The translations under genes were made by a program, and so were the position numbers. A stretch of DNA of 32,000 nt from Candidatus Heimdallarchaeota archaeon (lineage in GTDB: Archaea; Asgardarchaeota; Heimdallarchaeia; JABLTI01): NCBI GenBank assembly GCA_030614005.1, contig JAUWKS010000007.1, positions 46,610 to 78,609 on the forward strand, written 5' to 3'. Every line of letters begins with the position of its first letter. Position 1 is the stretch's first letter. The notes beneath the pieces were generated by a model, which was not told where the DNA came from, searched no databases, and saw nothing but the letters and a program-made list of their open reading frames with translations. Positions 1 through 9,703 of this stretch are shown here, one piece after another.

Positions 1-187
1 GATCAATCATTGACACGAAACACCATTCATTCTACACTTTTGTTGGAAGGAGAAAATATAAAGCTAATTAATATAATTGTTTACTTGAAAATCAATGCGT
101 CCAACAATTTTATTAAGAAGCGCTTATGGTTGTTTAGCGAAGAAATTAATCTCATAATATAATAAGAAAAAACCAGAGGAACCAATT

Positions 188-1447
188 ATGCCAAGTTCAA
201 AAGAACTCATTGAAATGGACAACAAGTACGGAGCACATAACTACCATCCAATTCCAGTAGTTATCTCCAGAGCCGAAGGCGTTTGGGTATACGACCCAGA
301 AGGAAAGAAATATTTGGATTGCTTATCCGCGTATTCAAGTCATAATACAGGACACAGACATCCTGAAATCATTAAAGTACTCAAAGAGCAAGCAGATTTA
401 GTAACACTTACTTCTCGCGCTTTTCATAATGATAAAATGGGTCCTTTCTTAAAGAAACTCTGTGAAGTTGTAGGTCCTCACGTAAGCGACCCCAAGAAAT
501 CAGGTATAATGGCTCTCCCAATGAATACAGGTGCAGAAGCTGTTGAAACTGGTTTGAAAGTTGCTAGAGCATGGGGTTACATAAAGAAGAAAATACCAAA
601 AGAAAAAGCACAAATTATTGTCTGTAGAGACAACTTCCACGGGAGAACAATAACAATTGTTGGATTTAGTACTGACATTAGCCATGGTAGATATTTCGGT
701 AATTTCGGACCTTTCACTCCTGGTTTTACTGCTATTTCTTACGGGGACGCTGAAGAATTAGAAAATACTATTTTAGAACTTGGACCAGAGAATGTTGCAG
801 GATTCTTATTTGAACCACTCCAAGGAGAAGCTGGAGTTATTGTTCCTGTTGAAGGCTTTATGACGAAAGCAAGAGAAATATGCACAAAATATAATGTTCT
901 AATGATTGCTGATGAAATCCAATCTGGATTATGTCGCACTGGGAAACTCTTCGCAGTAAATCATGAAGATGTTAAACCTGATATGTTCTTACTTGGAAAA
1001 GCACTCGGTGGTGGTGTTTATCCCGTTTCGGCAGTAGTTGCGACTACTGATGTAATGGGCCCAGAGGTAATTACTCCAGGTGTGCATGGAAGCACTTTTG
1101 GTGGAAACCCATTGGGTTCTGTTGTAGGAATCAAATCTCTCGAGATTCTCATTGAAGAAAAATTAGCTGAAAAATCAGAAGAGATGGGCAAATACTTCAG
1201 AGAAGGTTTGCGAAAGATTGCTGCAATGAAAACCAAAGTACCAATCATTGATGTTCGTGGAAAAGGATTACTAATTGCTATCGAAATAATTGGTAAAGCA
1301 CGACCTATCACAGAAGGAATGATGAAGAAAGGTTTGCTCGCAAAAGAAACACACGATACAATAATTAGATTTGCTCCACCTTTGGTTATCACAAAAGAAG
1401 AAATTGATTGGGTATTAAAGATTATTGAAGAAGTTTTTACAAAGTAA
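188..1447 (+). CDS. rocD: Ornithine--oxo-acid aminotransferase (class III PLP-dependent)
   Basis: Starts with YGAHNYHP; contains FHGRT, EPLQGEAG, ADEIQSGLCRTG, the PLP lysine in LGKALGGG, and HGSTFGGNPL; AGAGGA lies upstream of the ATG. Confidence 0.93.
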   Translation: MPSSKELIEMDNKYGAHNYHPIPVVISRAEGVWVYDPEGKKYLDCLSAYSSHNTGHRHPEIIKVLKEQADLVTLTSRAFHNDKMGPFLKKLCEVVGPHVSDPKKSGIMALPMNTGAEAVETGLKVARAWGYIKKKIPKEKAQIIVCRDNFHGRTITIVGFSTDISHGRYFGNFGPFTPGFTAISYGDAEELENTILELGPENVAGFLFEPLQGEAGVIVPVEGFMTKAREICTKYNVLMIADEIQSGLCRTGKLFAVNHEDVKPDMFLLGKALGGGVYPVSAVVATTDVMGPEVITPGVHGSTFGGNPLGSVVGIKSLEILIEEKLAEKSEEMGKYFREGLRKIAAMKTKVPIIDVRGKGLLIAIEIIGKARPITEGMMKKGLLAKETHDTIIRFAPPLVITKEEIDWVLKIIEEVFTK

Positions 1448-1461
1448 GCAAGCAAAACTTA

Positions 1462-1519
1462 CTTTAACTTTTCCTTTTTTTTAAAGCATTTTTTGTTCTA
1501 TTTTGGTTCACTTTTTTTG
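1462..1519 (+). terminator. Oligo-T tract, probable archaeal terminator of rocD
   Basis: Several T-runs (ttttcctttttttt, ttttttg, ttttttt) directly after the stop at 1447. Confidence 0.55.
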
Positions 1520-1587
1520 AACGGTTATCTATATGTGCTGTTTCACAGTTTAGAGTCCTATCATTGTAAAAAGAGGACTTTCTACAA

Positions 1588-4482
1588 ATGACTACACAGC
1601 AATCAGATACGAAAGAAAGTAAAACATCATTCAAAATTATCTTTGGTGTTTATTTTAAAACAGGAAAACGAAGAATTATTACTTCTGCTATCACTGGCGC
1701 AATCATCTTTCTAGTATTAACGACCTTTTTCATGACTTGGTACAGTTTGCGATATGATTCATTCTATAATTATATTGATCAAAATCATGATTGGAGGGAA
1801 GATGAGAAAACCAGTGTTTTTGGCACTGAATATATTTACAATAGTTATTCTATTGGAAATAATTACCTTAATTCTGCTATTACAGAAGTTACAGCAAAAC
1901 TTGATGAACTTGTGCCTGGGATAAGGGGAAATTATACGGCAGGAATGCGTTTTAATATTTATACCAATTTATCTAGTTTTGAAATTATCACCAACGACCT
2001 GATTTCACTGGATGATTCTTCTACACAAGTACTCAGCACTTGTTTAACGGAAGGACGTATGCCGGAAAATTACACAGAAATTGTCTATTATCAAAAAGGT
2101 AGCACAACAAATATTACATTAAATGAGATAATTCCTTTCCAAGCTATAGGTTATACGTCTGAATTTTCTGAAAAAATGTTAAATTGTACCATCGTTGGTA
2201 TAGTAAAAAACGTTGAGAATATTTTGCTTAAAAATGGTATTTCCATTGATTTCTTGTTTGATCCCGATGCTTATTACTTTTATGAGGAGTCAAGTGATGC
2301 TGAACAATTCTTTACAAATCCAGATTTAATGGATGATGTTATCAACTATTACCCTCACATCTCTAGCACATTTTCAGCTGGTCTAGATTTTGACTACGAA
2401 ATTTCTATTAGTCATATCAAGAATATACGTCAAATAACAGAGAAAATAATTAAATTTCAAAGGTCTATTACTAGCTTCAATTCTTTACCTGGATATTATG
2501 TCATTTTCTGTGAAGATTTGATTAACGCATTTCGTAACTTTGAAGCAATTTGGTTAAAGCAAACGATAAGTGTATTTGCATCAAGTTTGCCATTATTGTT
2601 TTTATTTGGAGTGATTATTGTTGAAACATTTAATATTGGATCATTTGAACAAGAATCAAAATTCAGATTACTAAAAACTCATGGCTTAGAGTTTAAAACA
2701 CTTAGAAAAATGCTAATATTGGAGAATTTCATTACAGCAAGCACAAGTTTACTTTCAGGTTTTAGTTTAGGACTTTTAGTAGGCTTTTTAGTATTCTTAA
2801 AATTAGATATCTCAAAAGAAGTAAACTATATTGCAGCAGCAATTGAGCCATTTATTGTATTAGGATTAGTAGTGTTATTCTTAGGTTTCTTTATCTTTGG
2901 TATGCTAATTCAATACATTCATGCGAAGAAAACTTCAGAAACTGCTACCCAACAGTATAAAGGAAAGCGTAAAGGGAAAGGAAGAAAACTGATAAGGAAA
3001 ATATTTTCTGCTTCAGAAGTAATGTTCCTAATTCCTGGAATAATATTATCCGCTGTTGGTATTATTGGATTAACTACAATAATGTTTTCTGGTGAGTTTG
3101 GTTCAGCTGTAAACCCAGCATTAGCTGCTCTTATGTGGTTTCTAATTACATTTGGAATCCTATTTACTTTGACATCGCTGTTTCTATTTATATCACGATT
3201 ACTAAATCTGATATGGACTGCGCTTGGCAATAAAATATGGAAAAATACTAAAAGCTATTTTGCATTAACATTAAAGCATCTAGCGATTTACAACAAAAAT
3301 TATCAAAGAATGGTCTTAGCAATGTTTATTCTTGGTTTAGGAATAACACCAGGATTCATTATAAGCAAATCAATTGATAATCATCATACATTAGAGGCTC
3401 AACTCACAGTTGGATGTTCTGATTTAGTTATAGAAAATTGGGATGTAACGAAAAAAATACTGAAAGGAAATATATCTCAAATTGAAGGCGTACAAAGCCT
3501 TACAGAGATATCAATAACAACAATGGAAGTATTTTCTACTATTGACATATGGTCTTGGGACTCGTATAATATCAGATTCTTTACAATTCAAAATATAACA
3601 GAATATTTGCAAGTAGTAGATTTAAGTACACTAGAAGATGACTATTCAGAAAATGATATTGAACAATTATCTACAAATCTTACTTGTATGATGAGTAGAA
3701 AATATGCAAAAAGGAATGACTTTGACAAAGAAGCAATTTTCAAAACAACTATGATAACCAGTAAACAACACGAACCATACACAATGGCTTATGTCAATTC
3801 TTTCGAGTATTATCCTTTATTACCAAGAACTGCGCCCTCTTTTATTGATAGATTCTTTGCTGATAAGAGAGAATTCGATTTAATTTTAAGCAAAACTACG
3901 ACAGAACTACTTGTAAATAGATCAGATAATAGTGTAAGTAAAAAGGGATACTTGCTTATTAATGCAAAACAAGATGCCAATTTAACTAAAATCAAAAATG
4001 AGATTAGTAAAGACTTTAGCTACACAGCAAAAACGATTGATGACGTAAGCAATGATTTGGATAAAAAAGTTAGTCAATACGCTCAAGTATTTCTAATAAT
4101 AACCTCAATAATTACTTTATTAGCTGTTTTCTTCTTTGGTTTTATTTCAGCTATCAATATTTATAGACAAAGATTGAGAATAATTGAATCTGAATTCCAA
4201 ATAGGAGCTCAAAGACGGCAAATTTGGGGTAGCTTTACTTTAGAAGTTTTGTTAGTTATTCCAATACCAATTGCAATCTCTATGGCAATAGGAATTCCAA
4301 TTATAAATCTACTCAGTGCTAGTGTTCTGAACATTACAGAGGGTTTTGTAAAGTTTGTCCCATGGATGCCCTGGTGGATAATCCTAGTTATTATTGCAAC
4401 TGGAATAATTGCTTTGGTGTCAAGTTGGTTGCTGAAGATAATTCCCTTAGTGAAAAGCTACAAACCAATAAAACAGGAGTGA
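1588..4482 (+). CDS. FtsX/MacB-like (type VII) ABC transporter permease, two-repeat, 964 aa
   Basis: Two repeats of TM + large extracytoplasmic domain + 3 TM; FtsX-type segments (FRLLKTHGLEFKTLRKMLILE; FQIGAQRRQIWGSFTLE); GAGGA upstream; adjacent to an ABC ATPase. Confidence 0.85.
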   Translation: MTTQQSDTKESKTSFKIIFGVYFKTGKRRIITSAITGAIIFLVLTTFFMTWYSLRYDSFYNYIDQNHDWREDEKTSVFGTEYIYNSYSIGNNYLNSAITEVTAKLDELVPGIRGNYTAGMRFNIYTNLSSFEIITNDLISLDDSSTQVLSTCLTEGRMPENYTEIVYYQKGSTTNITLNEIIPFQAIGYTSEFSEKMLNCTIVGIVKNVENILLKNGISIDFLFDPDAYYFYEESSDAEQFFTNPDLMDDVINYYPHISSTFSAGLDFDYEISISHIKNIRQITEKIIKFQRSITSFNSLPGYYVIFCEDLINAFRNFEAIWLKQTISVFASSLPLLFLFGVIIVETFNIGSFEQESKFRLLKTHGLEFKTLRKMLILENFITASTSLLSGFSLGLLVGFLVFLKLDISKEVNYIAAAIEPFIVLGLVVLFLGFFIFGMLIQYIHAKKTSETATQQYKGKRKGKGRKLIRKIFSASEVMFLIPGIILSAVGIIGLTTIMFSGEFGSAVNPALAALMWFLITFGILFTLTSLFLFISRLLNLIWTALGNKIWKNTKSYFALTLKHLAIYNKNYQRMVLAMFILGLGITPGFIISKSIDNHHTLEAQLTVGCSDLVIENWDVTKKILKGNISQIEGVQSLTEISITTMEVFSTIDIWSWDSYNIRFFTIQNITEYLQVVDLSTLEDDYSENDIEQLSTNLTCMMSRKYAKRNDFDKEAIFKTTMITSKQHEPYTMAYVNSFEYYPLLPRTAPSFIDRFFADKREFDLILSKTTTELLVNRSDNSVSKKGYLLINAKQDANLTKIKNEISKDFSYTAKTIDDVSNDLDKKVSQYAQVFLIITSIITLLAVFFFGFISAINIYRQRLRIIESEFQIGAQRRQIWGSFTLEVLLVIPIPIAISMAIGIPIINLLSASVLNITEGFVKFVPWMPWWIILVIIATGIIALVSSWLLKIIPLVKSYKPIKQE

Positions 4483-4487
4483 TTGAT

Positions 4488-6149
4488 ATGATACGCTGCA
4501 GAGATTTAATAAAAATATTCGAAGATGATGAAGTCGAAGGTAACCGAATACCAGCCCTTCGAGGTTGTGACTTAGACATCAAAGAAGGAACTATTGTTTC
4601 AATGGTAGGTCCAAGTGGTTCAGGTAAAACAACTCTAATTAACATCTTAGCCGGACTCTTAAAAATATCAAGTGGAGAATGCAAAGTTGGTAATTATGAT
4701 CTTGAATTGATGAATCAAAAATCTTTGAATAAATATCGACTAAAAAATGTTGGAATAATTGACCAATTTCCAGAAAGAACGCTATTTCTTGACGCAACAG
4801 TAGAAGAAAACATGAAATTTTCCATAGGTCTACTTCATGGTAATTCTACTGATTACAAAACAAGGAATTTGGAAATACTAGAAAAATTAGGTATTGATCA
4901 TCTCAAATCTAGATTAGTGAGACATTTATCTGGAGGCGAGATGACTAGAACTGCTATTGCATGTGCATTAGCAAAGAACGTTCCAATACTTTTATGTGAT
5001 GAACCTACAGGTCAACTGGACAGCCTTAATACTGAGAAAGTTAAAACTCTACTAAGACAAGTTGCTCAAGAATTCGGAACAACCATCTTTGTCGTTACAC
5101 ATGATTATCGCTTTTTTGATGGAGTGGATAAAACATGTGAAATAAGGGATGGTAGAGTATCCTCAATGCTTTCTATAGAAGAACAAATGCTACTTAACGG
5201 TAACAAAGAGTTCCCCTTAAAATTTAGAGCTCAAATTGATTCATCGAATAGTGTTCGAATACCTGATCTCGTTTCAAGAACAATGAAAATCAAACGAGAA
5301 GTTGATTTTGAGCTGTTTGAATTAGGTGAGGTAAAACTTTCTCATCCAGAGAATCTACCGCCTGAAAAGGTGGTTAAAGAAGACATCAAAGTACGCCGAA
5401 GAGATTTACATGTAAATCCCTTACCTCAAACATATTTCAAAGGAAAAGAAATAATGGTTGACATCAAAGATGTTTCAAAAACCTATTATGGAAATGGAGT
5501 TGATGTTAAAGCATTACAAAATATCAACTTACAACTCTTTAAGGGTGAATTGTTATTTGTTCTTGGACCCAGCGGATCTGGAAAAACCACATTGATTAAA
5601 CTATTAGCAGGTTTAGTAAATGCCACAAATGGTTCAATACTTTACCAAAACACTGACTTTACAAAATTATCTGATATACAAAAATCAGATTTTCGTAGAA
5701 ATAGAATGGGCTTAGTTTCACAACAAGGGAATCTTCACCCATTTTTGACTATTGACGACAACTTCTACCTCAAGGATATCTTTTCAGGGAAACGTTTTAC
5801 CAATGTTGAAAATCTGAGTGACAGAAATAAGGAATATCTAGATAAATACAAAATTGATCATCGTAAGAATTCCTACCCTCTTGAAATCTCAGGAGGCGAA
5901 TTACAACGAGCTTCCCTTGCCATAGCAAATTATTCCTATCCTCCTATAGTCATATTAGATGAACCAACAGCGAATTTCGATTCAGAATTGGCTTCACATG
6001 CTATCGAAGAAATCTATGATACACATGAGAAATCAGATACTACTTTTATTATCGCTACTCATGATATCACTTTGATAAAAGATGGAATACGTGCAATAGA
6101 ACTACAAGATGGTCAAATCAGTCAAGATGGTATTGTGTTCACAAAATAG
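4488..6149 (+). CDS. ABC ATP-binding protein with two LolD/MacB-type NBDs and a central AbrB-like segment
   Basis: Two GPSGSGKT Walker A motifs, LSGGE/ISGGE signatures, DEPT Walker B motifs and THD H-loops. Start moved from the ORF-track 4362 to ATG 4488, which follows AGGAGTGA and the permease stop. Confidence 0.9.
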   Translation: MIRCRDLIKIFEDDEVEGNRIPALRGCDLDIKEGTIVSMVGPSGSGKTTLINILAGLLKISSGECKVGNYDLELMNQKSLNKYRLKNVGIIDQFPERTLFLDATVEENMKFSIGLLHGNSTDYKTRNLEILEKLGIDHLKSRLVRHLSGGEMTRTAIACALAKNVPILLCDEPTGQLDSLNTEKVKTLLRQVAQEFGTTIFVVTHDYRFFDGVDKTCEIRDGRVSSMLSIEEQMLLNGNKEFPLKFRAQIDSSNSVRIPDLVSRTMKIKREVDFELFELGEVKLSHPENLPPEKVVKEDIKVRRRDLHVNPLPQTYFKGKEIMVDIKDVSKTYYGNGVDVKALQNINLQLFKGELLFVLGPSGSGKTTLIKLLAGLVNATNGSILYQNTDFTKLSDIQKSDFRRNRMGLVSQQGNLHPFLTIDDNFYLKDIFSGKRFTNVENLSDRNKEYLDKYKIDHRKNSYPLEISGGELQRASLAIANYSYPPIVILDEPTANFDSELASHAIEEIYDTHEKSDTTFIIATHDITLIKDGIRAIELQDGQISQDGIVFTK

Positions 6150-6170
6150 TAAAATGAACGCAATATTATC

Positions 6171-7787
6171 TCATCTTCTTTTTTTTCTATTAAATATCAG
6201 CACTGTTATTGTACTTAGTAAGAAGAAACTTACTAATACACTGTTCACAGAAAACCCTTCTAACAGAAAAGATAACTCATCCGGATAAGATGAATTGCCG
6301 TAAAATATTTCCTCAGGAGGCGTGTAAATCAAATCTTCTCTTGGAGGATTGTTAGTAATATTTGTTGGATCTGTCCCAGCCAAAACTTCAATACCATCTG
6401 TAAAACCGTCTAAATCTGTATCTGAGCTATTTACTTCTGTTTGGTAGTAGGTTTCAGAAAGGTCGTCAAGTAAATCGGAATCACTATCCAACCAACCGGT
6501 GTTAGCAAATGAACCTCGATAGCAATACCATGGAGAAGCTCCAGATTGAGTTACACCTGTTAATTCCAAACAGTACAAATTTGTATCATAATAGCCAGAA
6601 CCAAAGAGTATCTCGGAAACATTATCGTTATCAAGATCTATTACGCATGAAGGTGTTCTTGCAGCAGCGAGAAGGGTATACTTCCAAATCATACTTCCAT
6701 TATTTTGTAAGCAATAGAAATCATAATTATTACTGCCAATTAAAATTTCAAAAGTACCATCATTGTTCAAATCAGCGATTGAAGGCGAAGACCAAATACT
6801 TTCTCCTGTAGAAAAAGCCCAGTTAAGGGTTCCATTGTGGAATAAACAATATACCGTTCCATCATTTGACCCTATAATAATTTCTTTGTTGGAGTCGCCA
6901 TATATATCATAAATCGCTGGAGAAGAATAAATACTTTCAGCTGTTAAATATCTCCATATTGTATCTCCTGTTGAATTAAGACAATAAATGCTATTATTTA
7001 ATGAACCAATAATTATCTCTAATTTTCCATCATTATTCAAATCACTAATCGTTGGTGAGGAATAGCTCACTTGCGAAACTTGTGCTGCTTTCCAAACAAG
7101 TCCTCCAGATGAATTAAGGCAATATAATGCATCTGTACCTGCTAATACTTCTAGCTGCCCATCAGAATTAATATCAGCAACACCTAATGCACTCTCAAAA
7201 TAAAATATCCCCGTTGTTTCATAACTCCATTCTAATGTTCCATTAAATCCTAGGCAATAAAGAATCGAATCTCCTGAACCAATTAATACCTCAAGTTCAC
7301 CATCCTTATCTATGTCAATAATGGTAGGCGATGTTGATACATCTCCTCCTGTTGTATAGATCCAATTGGTGTAAACTATTGCATAGCCATTATTCAGAAT
7401 AGGTGTGATACAATAGATGTTGTTATCATAGGATCCGAAGACTATGTCAAGAAATCCATCTTTATTTAAATCTGCAACAGCTGGTGTGGATGAAATTACA
7501 TCTCCAGCAAAGTAGCACCATAATTCATTGCCATCTTTATCAACACAATAAAGACAACCTTCTTGTGAAGCAAAAATAATCTCTAGAACTCCATCTCCTT
7601 CAAAATCGAAAGGAATTGGTGCAGTTCCGATTGCACTAAATGTTGGAAAAACCCACTTCAAATCTACGCCCATTGCTTCAATTGAATAACTATCAGAATT
7701 TTCACTTGTCACTTGCGCATGTGATTCTACAAATGATAATTGGGAAATGACTAACAAACAAATGACTAATGCTATGGATTTTTTCAA
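6171..7787 (-). CDS. Secreted, membrane-anchored FG-GAP/VCBS-repeat beta-propeller protein with acidic Ca-binding (TSP3-like) repeats
   Basis: N-terminal signal peptide; eight repeats of W-x-Y..SSP..ADLxxDG..EI.xGS....YC[LVI]; DSDSDLLDD and DTDLDGFTDGIE; C-terminal TM followed by NRKKRR; TTG start after GGAGAG. Confidence 0.85.
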   Translation of the reverse strand: MKKSIALVICLLVISQLSFVESHAQVTSENSDSYSIEAMGVDLKWVFPTFSAIGTAPIPFDFEGDGVLEIIFASQEGCLYCVDKDGNELWCYFAGDVISSTPAVADLNKDGFLDIVFGSYDNNIYCITPILNNGYAIVYTNWIYTTGGDVSTSPTIIDIDKDGELEVLIGSGDSILYCLGFNGTLEWSYETTGIFYFESALGVADINSDGQLEVLAGTDALYCLNSSGGLVWKAAQVSQVSYSSPTISDLNNDGKLEIIIGSLNNSIYCLNSTGDTIWRYLTAESIYSSPAIYDIYGDSNKEIIIGSNDGTVYCLFHNGTLNWAFSTGESIWSSPSIADLNNDGTFEILIGSNNYDFYCLQNNGSMIWKYTLLAAARTPSCVIDLDNDNVSEILFGSGYYDTNLYCLELTGVTQSGASPWYCYRGSFANTGWLDSDSDLLDDLSETYYQTEVNSSDTDLDGFTDGIEVLAGTDPTNITNNPPREDLIYTPPEEIFYGNSSYPDELSFLLEGFSVNSVLVSFFLLSTITVLIFNRKKRR

Positions 7788-7824
7788 GTTGAATCTCTCC
7801 TAATGAAGGTGATAGCTCAACTAA

Positions 7825-7855
7825 ATATGGTATTATAAAATTATTAACTTTTAGC
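7825..7855 (-). promoter_or_regulatory. Putative BRE/TATA promoter for the FG-GAP gene
   Basis: Minus strand reads aaaagttaataattttataata about 45-65 nt upstream of the TTG start. Confidence 0.35.
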
Positions 7856-7911
7856 ACAGATTTGTAGTTGCAATTTTTTACAATAATACACTAGCTAAGA
7901 AAATAATGGAA

Positions 7912-8883
7912 CTAATAGTTCCATTCTTTCTTAATAGAAAATGAATTGTTAGTGTCAGTGTTTTTTCTGTAGAAAAGTTCTGCTAAGAATCCAATAAAGA
8001 TCAATAATATTCCAAATAAGAATAGTATCAACCCTATTGTAACTAGTGGATTGGAAAGAAATGCTACCGGATCTGAATAATAGTTCCAAAATCGATAGAA
8101 CAGCACTCGCTCAAATATTGCCCAAACACCACTTAGAAAACTCAAAAAGATGAATACAGAAGCCCAGAGATTGAAGAGGTGACCAGGTTTTGTTCCCCAT
8201 TTGTTCATTGCACGTAAAGTTAGGAGGTCATTAAATCCTCTGAATAATCTTTTGAAACCATATTTTGTTTTACCCATTGTTCTTGGTTTGTGGTTTGTTT
8301 CAATTTCGCCAATTCTGTATCCTTTTTTGGAAAGGATAGCTGGAATATATCTATGTCCTTCAGCAAACAATTGCAATCCATCGATAGCTTCTCTTCGATA
8401 TGATCTAAGAGTGCATCCAGAATCATGTACAGCTAAATTATTGAAACGACGGTTGAGGAAGTTGTTAAATTTAGAAGGTATTTTTTTCAAGGAATTGTCT
8501 TGACGATTTTTACGCCACCCACATATTACATCATATTCGTTTGTTAAAGCATCCAACAATTTTGGAATATCTTGTGGATCATTTTGAAGATCGCCATCAA
8601 GTGTAACAATAACATCACCTGTCACATTTGCGAATCCAGCTAACAACGCTGGAGTTTGCCCGTAGTTTCTTTGCAATTCCAAAATTCGCAGAGAACCATT
8701 AGTTTTGTCATAACCATTAGATAATATGCTTCTCAAATTTAGTAGAGTTTTATCTCGAGAGCCATCATCTACAAATATGATTTCGTATGGATGATTTCTT
8801 TTACCCATAACATTAGAAATGGAATGATAAAGGGGAAGAACATTGTCTTCCTCATTATAAACTGGAATTACTATTGAGATCAA
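7912..8883 (-). CDS. GT2 glycosyltransferase, polyprenyl-phosphate sugar transferase type (ArnC/GtrB/Dpm1-like) with two C-terminal TMs
   Basis: SIVIPVYNEE, FVDDGSRD, RNYGQTPAL, a DGDLQNDP DxD motif, DSGCTLR, HRYIP and two C-terminal hydrophobic helices; TTG start after GGTG. Confidence 0.9.
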   Translation of the reverse strand: MISIVIPVYNEEDNVLPLYHSISNVMGKRNHPYEIIFVDDGSRDKTLLNLRSILSNGYDKTNGSLRILELQRNYGQTPALLAGFANVTGDVIVTLDGDLQNDPQDIPKLLDALTNEYDVICGWRKNRQDNSLKKIPSKFNNFLNRRFNNLAVHDSGCTLRSYRREAIDGLQLFAEGHRYIPAILSKKGYRIGEIETNHKPRTMGKTKYGFKRLFRGFNDLLTLRAMNKWGTKPGHLFNLWASVFIFLSFLSGVWAIFERVLFYRFWNYYSDPVAFLSNPLVTIGLILFLFGILLIFIGFLAELFYRKNTDTNNSFSIKKEWNY

Positions 8884-8910
8884 ATTGCACCAGCTCGTAT
8901 TATTTATGTA

Positions 8911-8933
8911 ATGAGCTATTTTTGTCAGCTCAT
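8911..8933. promoter_or_regulatory. Perfect 7-bp inverted repeat ATGAGCT-N9-AGCTCAT (operator or hairpin)
   Basis: Read directly in the intergenic region between the HEAT and GT2 genes. Confidence 0.4.
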
Positions 8934-8970
8934 ATACACGCTGGGCAATTTACTTTTTAAATAGCTAAAT

Positions 8971-9690
8971 TTAGGTTAATTTCTCTAAATCATCCAGTGA
9001 AGTTTTCGCTACTGTACGAACAACAGGATGCTTGTCATTTTTATGAGCTTTCAGTAGCGCTTTTTTTACTTTAGAATTATTGATTTCTCCAAAATTACGA
9101 GCGATCTTCTGCCTTAATCTAAAGTCTTCATCACTTTCCAATGCTTCAATTAGCTTTGGTAGAACTGATTCCAGATGTTCCTTGTTCTTGATGAGTATTC
9201 TAGCAGCATTCATTCTAGTACCATAATAAGCTGCATTTTTCAATGCTGATAATAAACCTGGGATTAAGTTTTCAAATTTATCATATTCCATTTCACCAAG
9301 AGCAATTGCTGCCACATCTCCGATACCTTGTTTCTCTCCAAGATATTTTACGATAAAAGGTATTGCTTCTTGTGCTTTAGTTGCTCTCCAACCTAATCTC
9401 TGAATTGTTTGGAAGCAGATTCGTGAATCTAACTTGTCATATTGCATTATTGTTGTGAGAATTGGAATATAGTGTTCATCTTCTAAATATGGTAGAACTT
9501 GTCGGTAAATAATTGATAAAAGAATGAGATTTTCAGCTAGTTTTTCATTTTGAACCAATCTAAGTATAATCTCGCCTACTTCTTCTTTATTCTTCTGAAC
9601 AAATGGTTCAACAATATAATTAGGTCTACTCAATTCCTGTTCGATTAACTTGAATAATTCTTCTTCAATGCTAGTAGTCTTTGTTGACAT
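8971..9690 (-). CDS. HEAT-repeat (PBS-lyase-like) protein
   Basis: Repeated helical pairs: VAAIALGE, RMNAARIL, LIEALESDEDFRLRQKIARNFGEI, DKHPVVRTVAKTSL. Confidence 0.8.
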   Translation of the reverse strand: MSTKTTSIEEELFKLIEQELSRPNYIVEPFVQKNKEEVGEIILRLVQNEKLAENLILLSIIYRQVLPYLEDEHYIPILTTIMQYDKLDSRICFQTIQRLGWRATKAQEAIPFIVKYLGEKQGIGDVAAIALGEMEYDKFENLIPGLLSALKNAAYYGTRMNAARILIKNKEHLESVLPKLIEALESDEDFRLRQKIARNFGEINNSKVKKALLKAHKNDKHPVVRTVAKTSLDDLEKLT

Positions 9691-9703
9691 TTTTTTTCAC
9701 CTG

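Noticed and set aside
1-187. Possible start of a divergent minus-strand gene at the left edge (ATG at 10)
   Set aside because: Only three codons are visible; it cannot be supported.
4362-4487. ORF-track N-terminal extensions (4362, 13252, 21861, 28159)
   Set aside because: They overlap upstream genes; downstream starts at 4488, 13291, 21870 and 28195 have clear RBSs and match where the family folds begin.
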